Below, piece by piece: positions 45,846 through 56,100 of a stretch of DNA of 64,000 bases. Both the position numbers and the translations under genes were made by a program. The stretch's first letter is position 1; each line of letters begins with the position of its first letter. Source of the stretch: Candidatus Thalassarchaeaceae archaeon (GTDB lineage: Archaea > Thermoplasmatota > Poseidoniia > Poseidoniales > Thalassarchaeaceae). The notes beneath the pieces are model-generated. The model saw only the letters and a list, made by a program, of their open reading frames with translations, did no database searches and had not been told where the DNA came from. The stretch is from the NCBI GenBank assembly GCA_023700245.1, contig JAJPRE010000001.1, positions 2,022 to 66,021 on the forward strand, in the 5' to 3' direction.

Positions 45846-48086
45846 ATGCGTAGCCGACCCGCAAGTATATTTGTTATTCTCATTTTACTCTTATCTTCAT
45901 CAAATATATATGCAGAATCAAAAGGAGTAATTTCAAATTGTATTAACTCTGATATTGACAATTTACCAGAAAGTTGGACATTAGAAGATCAAAGTTGTAT
46001 TAGGATAGATTTAGGAGAATTAAATCAAAATATTGTAATGTCATTTAATATCTTGACAAGTGATGAAATAGATATCATCTTATTTCCTGCTAATTCCCTT
46101 CAAGTATATTTGAATGAACAATCATATCGAAGTGATGCAATTTGGCAAAGTGAATCAACATTTGAAGCATTTAATGGAGATGGAGAATGGCATTGGACCG
46201 TCCCAGAAGATAGAGAAAAAACTAGATGGTATATGATAATCGATAATTTTGCACACCCAGGGGATGACGGACTAGGTAGTCAAGGTGGCCAAGAACCTGA
46301 GGTTACATTCGATGCACAGGAAATTATTTCTGAACCATTCACTCTTTCTGACTCAATTATAAAACTGGGCACTAATAGCCAATCTATAGCACATGGACCA
46401 TTTGTTGTCGATGCTGGCTCATATGTAGAGATATTCGCAAGAACTATGGAAGGCAATCCTGATATTTTTATAATGACCGAAACTCAAAAGGACCTATACA
46501 CAAGTGGTGGAACTGCTGCTTCTAGGATATTAGAAGCAGATATGCTACAAGTATCTACTGAAAGATATCAACCATGGCTGGTACCAGAAGAATATGAAGG
46601 CGTTAATCTATATGTCATGATCGATAATAGGGCAGGACCAGGAGGAGGAGGAGCAGGTACTACAATTACAGGCATAACTCTAACTATCACTATAAATCCA
46701 ATATTAAATCCTGTAATTTCCACACTTGATGGTCAAGAAATATACAATGTTGGAGAAATTATTTCCTTCTCCGCATTAGAAACTCCCAATAGGTCAAACC
46801 AAATTCAAGAATCAGGTTTCTCATGGGATGTCAATGGAGATGATATTGATGATTATTTTGGCCCATATCTTGATTATAGCTGGGACAGTCCAGATAACAT
46901 ATCTCTTAAGTTAAGCATAATTTCTACTGAAGGAATAATAAGTAGTAAAATATTTGCTCTAGAGGTTTCAGACAACTCTCCTCCAAATACTTCTATCTCA
47001 GCCAATGGAGATATACAAAAAGGATATAATCAAACAATCCTATTGAGTTCAACGTTTTCAGATAATTGGGGAATTGATAGAATTGATTGGCTTGTAGATG
47101 GAAATGTAGAAAAAAGTAACTATTCTATTTCTAAATTCACATCCTCATTCTCTTTTATCTTTGATCCATCATATACTTCAGGTGAGCATATAATCGAATT
47201 TATTGTAACTGATAAATCAGGTCAATCTTCAAGTGATACGGTAAAGGTAATACTTTCAGATATAACTCCTCCTGTTTTTCGGGATTATCAAAATACTAGA
47301 TCCCAAAATGTTGGTATACCAATAAATTTCCAAATTATCGCAGATGATTTTGAATCATCAGAAATCCAATATACTTGGATATTCAATCAGGGTGCTGAAA
47401 ATCAAATTCAATTTTCTGGTATGTCAGTTACTTATGATTTCAAGTCACTTGGGGCGCAAAGAGTAGTCTGTATAGCTGAAAACGAAGCCGGGCTTTCTTC
47501 CGAAGCAGAAATCATTGTCAATATTCTTGAGTTAGAAATTGAAGATACTTCACTTGATACTACTTTCATAATATTGATAATAATATTGTTTTTATTAATT
47601 GCCATCTTTGTTTCATTTAAAATAATACAGAGAAAAGTAAAGATAAGAGTAGAAGAATTATCCAATCAAGAAGAAGAAACTATTGAAGAAAATTTACCTC
47701 CTAGTGCTGAAGAACAGAAGCAAATGTGGGGAGAAAATTCTATTATGTCTAATAATCAATTACCAATAGAAGATATTCAAACCTTGATTCCAGATATTCA
47801 AACCTTGATTCCAGAAATTGATATAGAAGATTTATTAGCAGATGCACAAAAAGAAACTCCTCAGAGTAATAATGACTTTGATAGCAATCTATTAAATGAT
47901 CTCCTAGATAAAAAGGAACCTAATATTTCTGAGACCGTATTAAAAGAAGAATCTATTAATCGTTTAATAAAGAAGAACTGTTCATCATGTGATTTATTAT
48001 TTTCAGTCCAACTTCCTGAGAATATAGATTTTGCACGCACTGCATGTCCAAAATGTGGTTCTATAGAAGATGTCAGCATTCTTTAG
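45846..48086 (+). CDS. Membrane-anchored PKD/Ig-domain protein with C-terminal zinc ribbon
   Basis: Signal peptide, two repeated N-terminal beta domains (YxMIDN), PKD-like FSWD/YTWIF units, TM, CSSC...CPKCG. Confidence 0.7.
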   Translation: MRSRPASIFVILILLLSSSNIYAESKGVISNCINSDIDNLPESWTLEDQSCIRIDLGELNQNIVMSFNILTSDEIDIILFPANSLQVYLNEQSYRSDAIWQSESTFEAFNGDGEWHWTVPEDREKTRWYMIIDNFAHPGDDGLGSQGGQEPEVTFDAQEIISEPFTLSDSIIKLGTNSQSIAHGPFVVDAGSYVEIFARTMEGNPDIFIMTETQKDLYTSGGTAASRILEADMLQVSTERYQPWLVPEEYEGVNLYVMIDNRAGPGGGGAGTTITGITLTITINPILNPVISTLDGQEIYNVGEIISFSALETPNRSNQIQESGFSWDVNGDDIDDYFGPYLDYSWDSPDNISLKLSIISTEGIISSKIFALEVSDNSPPNTSISANGDIQKGYNQTILLSSTFSDNWGIDRIDWLVDGNVEKSNYSISKFTSSFSFIFDPSYTSGEHIIEFIVTDKSGQSSSDTVKVILSDITPPVFRDYQNTRSQNVGIPINFQIIADDFESSEIQYTWIFNQGAENQIQFSGMSVTYDFKSLGAQRVVCIAENEAGLSSEAEIIVNILELEIEDTSLDTTFIILIIILFLLIAIFVSFKIIQRKVKIRVEELSNQEEETIEENLPPSAEEQKQMWGENSIMSNNQLPIEDIQTLIPDIQTLIPEIDIEDLLADAQKETPQSNNDFDSNLLNDLLDKKEPNISETVLKEESINRLIKKNCSSCDLLFSVQLPENIDFARTACPKCGSIEDVSIL
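47771..47812 (+). repeat. 21-bp perfect in-frame tandem duplication (DIQTLIP x2)
   Basis: AGATATTCAAACCTTGATTCC repeated twice. Confidence 0.9.
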
Positions 48087-48170
48087 GCTAAACCTGATAA
48101 ACTACAAAGTTAACATAATTACTACTCATGAAGGGCAATAGCCTATATCAGACCTATTCTAGGTGGTAGC

Positions 48171-51100
48171 ATGAGGAAGTACCGGTCTCCAGTATTTCCT
48201 CGATTTACTATACATCCCTCTAAGCTTGCCATTCTTTTGGTATTCTTATTTTTATTACCATTATTTTCTCCGTTTACGTCAGTGGGAGGAGATGCTAGAA
48301 TTGAATCGAATGATTTTGAAATATTGGATGATTTAAATGACTTACTATCAGACAGACAGGATTTGATAAATAGAAATACAATAGGTTCTTTAGCACAACC
48401 TAAAATTGATGATATCTCAAATTCTGTTTATGAATCTGGAGATTCTGATGCACTCTCAAACATTGGCCAAGGAATTAATGACGTTTCTTTAATTCCCACC
48501 TCTCCTCCTTCCCCAAATCATCCAGATCCATATAAGTTAGCAATAAGCGGGGCCAGTAGGCCAGGAGATGTAAATAATATTTGGCAGACGATAATTAATG
48601 TCACAGACTATGTTATTTGGACAAAGTATACTGGATTAGATGGAGAGGTTATTGAGACTTTCGAAACTGTTACTTTTAGTGCTTCATTATTATCTCTTTT
48701 TAATTTTGACACAGATCCATTACTTCATTCTATGGACGTCGATGACGATGGAGATGATGATATCCAAGTCGGACTCTCTGTTGCTTGGGAATTTGCAGGA
48801 GGTTGGGGCATTGAGGGAGATACTCTTTGGATAGAGCCTGGAATCGTATTTTCTGTCAAAGTTCTGGAAGATAGTGTAGATGATTCAGATTGGAATAATT
48901 TAAAATTTCTACAGGTATCTTTAATCAAAGCATTTGCTTATTCATCAAGTGAGTCAGTATTGGCACTCGGAGATGGTGAAAGTTATATTTGGGTAGTTGA
49001 TTCTAGATTTACATCAGCGCCATATGATTTTTCACTTGAGATAGGTATTGAGAGATTTTATTTTGATATTTCAGAAGCAAGTGTAGGATTATTAGCAGCC
49101 CTCACTCTTGGTTTAGTCGACCTAGGCCAAGATGAAACTGGAATAACTTTTGCATCAATAGCTGCACCATATTCAATTAGGCTAAATAATGCTGGTCAAT
49201 CGTCCTGTCCGTCAAGATATTCTCCTTCAGAATTATATAATTATTCTCATGAGGATATAAATTGTGGTCTTTCAGTAGGTCTTGGGTATGTTCATTTTTC
49301 CCCTCCCAAATCAGATGAAACTAGAGATGTATGGGAATTGGCGTATGTCGATGCTTCATTCCATCCTCATGGCGATTCCTTAGAACTCCCTTCCGAAGCT
49401 GAAATAGTAATTAGGACTGATTCTGTTTTACCTACTTCTACTGGATTGGAGGGCGATAAGAGTTTAACAACTATAGAATACTGGGCAGATGAAAGATCAG
49501 ACTTATACTTGCACTTTCATGAAAATAGATCAAACCTTCCTCCTTCAGAATCTGATGGAGATTTTGGAAATGTTACTGACTCATTAGGGTGGTTCAGGGG
49601 TATGCCCGAAGGGTCAATGTCTGCAGGAGAAATATCTAGAATATTTCGTTTATTAGGTTCTGAAGACTCACCAGATTTACCAGGTGGCCAGCCAGTCAGA
49701 TTAGGATTAATAATCGGAGTTAAGAACTTTTCACGAGATACAAGTCAGAATGTCAATGATCTAACTTTACCGATTAATCCTGCTAATCCGCCCAACAGTG
49801 TCATCCTTTTAAGATCAAAACAATCTATAGAATCTATTGATTATAATTCATGGTTTACTCGTGGAGGATTAAAAGAAGATCATAGGGCAATAAATGTTAA
49901 TGCATCTTCAATTCCTACTTCATTATTGGTTTATGGTTCTTTTGAATTAGGTGGCTCCACTGATCCTGATACCAGTTTAGATAGCGCTACTGATTTAGAT
50001 TTCATTTCAAAGGTAGTAGATTCTGTGATTTTGAATCTTGTAGATCTCTTCCTTGATACGGGAAATGTGCTGAATGACGTTCCTACCCTTATTGTAGATT
50101 TACTTAGTGGGTCATCTAGCTCAGGTAGTTTCGATGGACAATCATTTAATCTATTGATGACTAATGATTTAAGGGAATCGAGAATTATGATGCCTCTGGA
50201 ATCAATTGAATTGAATATTGGATCATCTCCGCATCCAACAATTTCAGGTGATCATATGATAATATCAAAAGATAAAAATTTAGGTATAATTCAAGCTGTA
50301 AATGGCCCAGTTGAGCCACTTGTACCAATTGCTGCTAGCCTAAGATTTAGTGGTTTTATGGCAGCATCATTGATAGACAATAATGATACTAATCAACAAA
50401 AGATAGAATTGTTTACAGATTCAACAAATCCATTAGTACTTTCATTTATTGAATATGATTCTGAATTCATTGAGAACGCATCACGTCATTCTATAATGTA
50501 TTCAGATTTTCCAAATGAGATATCAATTACTTTATCTGAAAACACTCTTCAATACTCCGCATCATCTGGAATCGACTCAGTAAAATATGCTGGTAATAAT
50601 GGTGATCAATACCAAGCAGCCAATTTCATAGGTTTACCAGCATCTTTCACTTCAACATTTGGCGACATCATTTCTTGGAATTCAGATACTCCAATTACTA
50701 CAATTGAAGCCCAAATAACAAATTCTACAATTCCTCTAACTATGACAGGAGATCACTTTCTATTTCATAACGATCCTAACTCAGAAAAGGTAAGCCTATC
50801 ATCAAGAATTTCAGGATTAAAAGAAATTGGATGGATTGCACCCCAAGAAGAAGGGGCTTTGGGATTAGCAGGAATGGGGACTGCATATATGTCTATTTCA
50901 AATCCAAATCCTATGAGGATTAATGTTGCTCAAGCCCCTACTGATAATGATGCTAATCTTTCCGTCTTGGCAGAGATTAATCCACTGCCCTCTTCATTAT
51001 CTTTAAGGATACCAACTGGAACTGCTAATACTCCTACTCTGGCAATACCTGACTTTGATACCTCCAATGGTTTGTCCGGTATCGCAGCATTTATTAACGG

Positions 51101-52553
51101 ATTCTCGGATTTAGGACGGTCAGTTAATCAAGCATTGTCAGGCATTACAACCGATATTTCCACAGGCTCTGGAACAGGCTCTGATAATTTTTCATTTGGA
51201 ATAGAATTAGACTCAAATTCAGAATTTGATCTTATCGTAGAATCATTTCATGGCCCTAAAAAAGAGGATAAGTTACCTTGGGTTCATGGTGTATCTTTTG
51301 AATCAAACTCCAAAGGTATCGCAGACGGGTTTCATCTTCGTTTATGGATACCACGTCTCCCTCCCTCTGTAGAATTATCAATCTCAAGGACTACTACTGA
51401 CACTGGTCAAGATTGGACGATATTTGCAGAGTTAGAATCTTGGTATCCACAGCATAATGAATTAATGTTAGTTATGAGTGGAATCAATGGTCAAGATTTA
51501 TTTGTTACTATGAAAGGATTAAGGATTGGAGAATATACTAAGTTAACTTTGGACTCGATATTTGTAATAACAACTATCGGTGAAATAACGGAAGTTTCTA
51601 CTACTACTCAGTATGATTTGTCTAACCGACTAGATTGGATACACATATTATTGATCAATAGGGAAGCTGGTTCCCGTACTGAAATAATGATAAAAGATAT
51701 TCCTGAATCAGTCGCATTACAAGCGAGCCTAGGTACAGCAATATCAATTGATATGAATGTCCCAGAGCAATATCGCTCATCTGAAGGCTTTGCAGTAGGA
51801 TCGATGTTCATTCAACAAATGCAATGGATGGACGGATTTTGGTGGCCAGCGACAATTTTCTTAACAAATGTCCCCGGATCTATGAGCCTAACTACTGAAC
51901 CTGATCTAAATTTTGATATTACTAAAAATCTAGCATTCCAGGGTACTCCTATTCTAGATTTTACAGCTTCCGATGTAGGAATGTCCCTATACATTGAAGC
52001 CTTTGGTCGCGCAATAAATACTAGAGGAGATGTTGTTTTACTTGCGGAAGGAATGACAGATAGAATGATAATCAAGCCAACAGACTCATATGGATTACAA
52101 ATAAGATCAGGAGGAAGTGGTGTTGAAAAAATATATGTCCGTTTTAGTAATAGCCCAACAACTCCGCCAATCGTTATCGATGAAATGGAAGCGTTGGGAG
52201 AGAATCTAAAGAGTGCCACCATACATATCCGAGAAATTGCTGGTCCATATTATAGTGTGATTGATATTGACGACGTTCAGGGGGGGAGAATCATAGCATC
52301 TGCAAAGATTTATGCAAATATGGGCGATAAGAACATAGGATTGAAAGGTGTACTTATTGATGCTCAAATAACGGGAGGTATTCCAACTGGTACAACATTT
52401 GGAATAAATGGATTAGCTTCCGACTTATCTATACTTTCAATCATTCCAGGAGTATCTGGTTCAACGAGGCACATAATGGCACCAGAACCTCTTTCATCTG
52501 GAATTCTTACAGTCATATCTCTTATAGGAGGTGATAATTATGGGTCTTCTTGA
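48171..52553 (+). CDS. Large secreted or anchored beta-rich hypothetical protein (1460 aa)
   Basis: Long ORF, N-terminal hydrophobic segment, DVDDDGDDD Ca-loop; no family recognised. Confidence 0.75.
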   Translation: MRKYRSPVFPRFTIHPSKLAILLVFLFLLPLFSPFTSVGGDARIESNDFEILDDLNDLLSDRQDLINRNTIGSLAQPKIDDISNSVYESGDSDALSNIGQGINDVSLIPTSPPSPNHPDPYKLAISGASRPGDVNNIWQTIINVTDYVIWTKYTGLDGEVIETFETVTFSASLLSLFNFDTDPLLHSMDVDDDGDDDIQVGLSVAWEFAGGWGIEGDTLWIEPGIVFSVKVLEDSVDDSDWNNLKFLQVSLIKAFAYSSSESVLALGDGESYIWVVDSRFTSAPYDFSLEIGIERFYFDISEASVGLLAALTLGLVDLGQDETGITFASIAAPYSIRLNNAGQSSCPSRYSPSELYNYSHEDINCGLSVGLGYVHFSPPKSDETRDVWELAYVDASFHPHGDSLELPSEAEIVIRTDSVLPTSTGLEGDKSLTTIEYWADERSDLYLHFHENRSNLPPSESDGDFGNVTDSLGWFRGMPEGSMSAGEISRIFRLLGSEDSPDLPGGQPVRLGLIIGVKNFSRDTSQNVNDLTLPINPANPPNSVILLRSKQSIESIDYNSWFTRGGLKEDHRAINVNASSIPTSLLVYGSFELGGSTDPDTSLDSATDLDFISKVVDSVILNLVDLFLDTGNVLNDVPTLIVDLLSGSSSSGSFDGQSFNLLMTNDLRESRIMMPLESIELNIGSSPHPTISGDHMIISKDKNLGIIQAVNGPVEPLVPIAASLRFSGFMAASLIDNNDTNQQKIELFTDSTNPLVLSFIEYDSEFIENASRHSIMYSDFPNEISITLSENTLQYSASSGIDSVKYAGNNGDQYQAANFIGLPASFTSTFGDIISWNSDTPITTIEAQITNSTIPLTMTGDHFLFHNDPNSEKVSLSSRISGLKEIGWIAPQEEGALGLAGMGTAYMSISNPNPMRINVAQAPTDNDANLSVLAEINPLPSSLSLRIPTGTANTPTLAIPDFDTSNGLSGIAAFINGFSDLGRSVNQALSGITTDISTGSGTGSDNFSFGIELDSNSEFDLIVESFHGPKKEDKLPWVHGVSFESNSKGIADGFHLRLWIPRLPPSVELSISRTTTDTGQDWTIFAELESWYPQHNELMLVMSGINGQDLFVTMKGLRIGEYTKLTLDSIFVITTIGEITEVSTTTQYDLSNRLDWIHILLINREAGSRTEIMIKDIPESVALQASLGTAISIDMNVPEQYRSSEGFAVGSMFIQQMQWMDGFWWPATIFLTNVPGSMSLTTEPDLNFDITKNLAFQGTPILDFTASDVGMSLYIEAFGRAINTRGDVVLLAEGMTDRMIIKPTDSYGLQIRSGGSGVEKIYVRFSNSPTTPPIVIDEMEALGENLKSATIHIREIAGPYYSVIDIDDVQGGRIIASAKIYANMGDKNIGLKGVLIDAQITGGIPTGTTFGINGLASDLSILSIIPGVSGSTRHIMAPEPLSSGILTVISLIGGDNYGSS

Positions 52554-53094
52554 AAAATTTAAAAGAGATTCTGATCTAGATCTTGAGGAAGAAATTGCTT
52601 ATGAATTACTTGATAAATTGGAAGCTACTGGAGATAAAATATCTCCAAAAAGAGTAATATTTGCTTCATTTGTTGCAGTATCATTACTCCTAATTACTAT
52701 TTTTACATTAGTAATAGCAGTCCCTTATGATAGAGTTAGTGTAGATATTGTCTATCGTCAAGGAGGTTCGGGGCATGTAATTTTAGCTCAGTTGGATAAT
52801 CATGGAAGTAGGGAAATAACTGATATCTCTCTTACAATAAGATTTACGGATGCCGAAGGAAGTGAATTGGGAAGAACTGATTTTTTGTTAGACTCAATGG
52901 GGGCACATAGCTTCTATGCAGGAGATAACTTAGAATTAATAATAAATGGAGCTTCTGTATGGGAAGATTATACTATAGAAACACTACTTGAGTATAATTA
53001 TTATAATGGCAGGGGAGATGAAAGATGGACGCATGATGTTGGAAATTGGACAATGGAACTTTTCACAGACCGTGCACAAATCAAAATATTTTAG
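52540..53094 (+). CDS. Single-TM protein with Ig-like extracellular domain
   Basis: SD GGAGGTGA inside the upstream gene; TM then LDNHGSREITDISLTIRF. Confidence 0.7.
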   Translation: MGLLEKFKRDSDLDLEEEIAYELLDKLEATGDKISPKRVIFASFVAVSLLLITIFTLVIAVPYDRVSVDIVYRQGGSGHVILAQLDNHGSREITDISLTIRFTDAEGSELGRTDFLLDSMGAHSFYAGDNLELIINGASVWEDYTIETLLEYNYYNGRGDERWTHDVGNWTMELFTDRAQIKIF

Positions 53095-53177
53095 AGAAGG
53101 CTCAAATATGATTTATATCAATGTTAATTTATCAAAATACCCATACTATCAAATCGGGTCTTAGGTGGCGTCAAATT

Positions 53178-56100
53178 ATGGATAAGCGCACTGTTATTCT
53201 GGTCCTAAGTTTATTTTTAATTTCATATCTTCCTGTCTTTGACTATGATTATATTAAAAAACCACAAGAAATTGAATATTTAGACACAGATTATCTGAGG
53301 ACAGAAATCTCTCCAAATCCAGATACAATTAGTAATTTAGAAATATCTAATATTTATTTTGGACCTGAAGATAAAAGAGAAGTTAGAGCCGACTCATCCA
53401 TAGGAATTTATACTGAAAATGGCCTAATACCTAGTGTTTCAATGAAATCAGAATTAACTAAATATCGCTCAGACTTAATGATAGTTCTGATAGATGGCGA
53501 CGTGGGATTATGGGATGCTAGAATCAAGATTATGGATTCAGCAAATGTGGAAATACGTTCTACAATTCCTCCCTCGGGCTTTTTAATTCAAGGCACTACT
53601 GATGAATTAAATAAAATAAATAAATTGCCTATTATATCTGCCAGTCATGAAGTCCCCGCTGGCCTTCTTATTGATTCAAATCTTTATAATAATAATTATG
53701 ATGATAATGTCATTATCGAATTATCTGGATGGAAAGATTCTGATTTAATTAGATACAATTCTCCCGGGTTAGATTTAAACAGTTCAATATCAGAAATAGC
53801 TTTAGAATGGATGATTAATCCATTTTCACCCCAAAATGGAACATTTATAGGAGAAATAAAAATAAATAACTTAGATGAAATAGTAATGAACCCAGCAGTT
53901 TCATATATATCTCCTGTTTTTGAAATTCTAACTTTTAATAATCAAGCCAGAGTACATATGGGGATAAATACTGTAGAAAATACGTATGTAACGGGACTTA
54001 ATGGAAGCGGGCATTTAGTAGCTGTTGCTGATACTGGCATTGATCCAGATCATGGAGATTTTGGAAATAGAATTACACAAGTTGTTAATGTGGCCGGAGA
54101 CTCTTCCACTGCAGATACTAATGATGGTCATGGCACTCATGTAGCATGTACTGTCTTAGGAGATGGAACTAGAACTAGCGCTTATGAAGGAATAGCTCCA
54201 AAATCAGAATTATATTTTCAAGCAATGGAAATAGACTCTAATGGTCAACTGTCTAATAGTGGAATATATGGTATGCTAAACAGTGCTTATAGTTCAGGAG
54301 GCGCAAGATTTCATACTAATAGTTGGGGTTCACAAACAGGTGGTTCATATACAACTCAATCCGAAGATGCTGATGATAGGACATCAACATGGGATCAATA
54401 TTGGTTATATGAGGGAATGACAGTTTTATTTGCAGCAGGTAATGAAAAGGATGACGGCATATCCTCGCCTGGAACTGCTAAAAATGTTATAACAGTAGGT
54501 GGGCATGTAAATAGATACTCTGGTGCGCCTGATGAAATGTATTATTACAGTAGTAGAGGGCCTACAGACGATGGTAGGATTAAACCAGATGTAACAGGGC
54601 CTGGTGACTATGTTAGGTCTTGTTTGGCTCAAGAAGCTGAAGACGCTTCAACAAACATAGGGGACTCGTACTACATTGAATACAGTGGTACTTCGATGGC
54701 AACTCCTGCTACTGCTGGAGCATCTGTTTTAGTTAGGGAATATTTGATGGAAATTGCAGAACGCCCGGCGCCCCAAGGTTCCCTAGTCAAAGCAATGCTT
54801 ATTTTAGGTGCAATAGATATGGGGACTAGAGATATACCTAATGGTGATGAAGGATGGGGAAGAATAAACCTTGTAAATACCTTAATTCCAGATGAAGATA
54901 TAGGTATTTTTGTTGATGACAGATCTAGACTTTCAAGCGGGCAAGTTAATGAATATACATTTGATGTTACAAGGGCGGGAGAACCGCTCAAGGCAGTACT
55001 TGCATGGTCTGACTATCCCGGTTCCAGCAGCTCTAATATACAACTTAGAAATGATTTAGACCTTGAAGTAATATCTCCAAATGGGCAAATCACCTATCTT
55101 GGTAATGATTTTAACAACGGGCGATCAACAACGGGAGGATCCAAAGATAATCGAAATAATGTTGAGGTTGTGCTTATCGATAGTGCAACTACAGGGATAT
55201 GGACAGTCAAAGTCCGAGACTCTCAACATGGCGGAAGCCGTACCTATCAACCATATTCAATCGCTATAAGGGGCGTAAATGTAAATGATTTAACACCCGA
55301 TCCTACATTTATTCCAGGGACATTTGAGATATCAACTCCAATACCTCAGGTTGGTGAAGAAGTTGAAATTTCTATAACTGTACAAAACCAAGGTGCAGGT
55401 TCATTCTCTGGAGTGCCAGTTGCAGCATATGCAAATTCCAATCCGATTGGCATTCAAACAATTAGTATGTCACCGGGAGGTTCAGAAGAATTATCGTGGT
55501 CTTGGACTCCAGTTTCCGATGATGAGGGAGAGGTTGAAATTTCTTTTTATATTGATCCTAATGACATATTGGAAGAACTTTCAGAAGTAAATAATTTCGT
55601 TTCCACTCTAATACTTGTCAGTACTCCGGGCATTAGAGTTTCTTCTGAAAATCCTATAGTTAGGCTGGGAGATGCTGCAGATTCTACTACACAATGGGAA
55701 CTTATTGTTACTAATACTGCTTTATTTGAGACAAACGCTACAATATCTGTTTCCGACCCTGTGAGAATTAGGGATGGAGTCACCTTTGAATGGTTCCGCT
55801 CTTTTACAAATGTTAATTTTAATTTAGATGCATCTGAAAATATTGACATTACTCTTACAATGGCTCATCCAGCACCACCTCAACCAGGGTTATACAAGAT
55901 GATAGTTACTGGAAACGATGTAGAAAATAATCTTGATTCAGAACTAGAAATATACTTCGATGTTCCAGTTTTAGCTCAACCTCAAGTAATACTACCTTCC
56001 GAAGAAATAATGGTCAGTTCCTTTTCAGATACCAAGTTTTCTTTTGATATTAAAAATAATGGAAACGGGGCTCAAACATATGATGTATCATTAATTTCTC

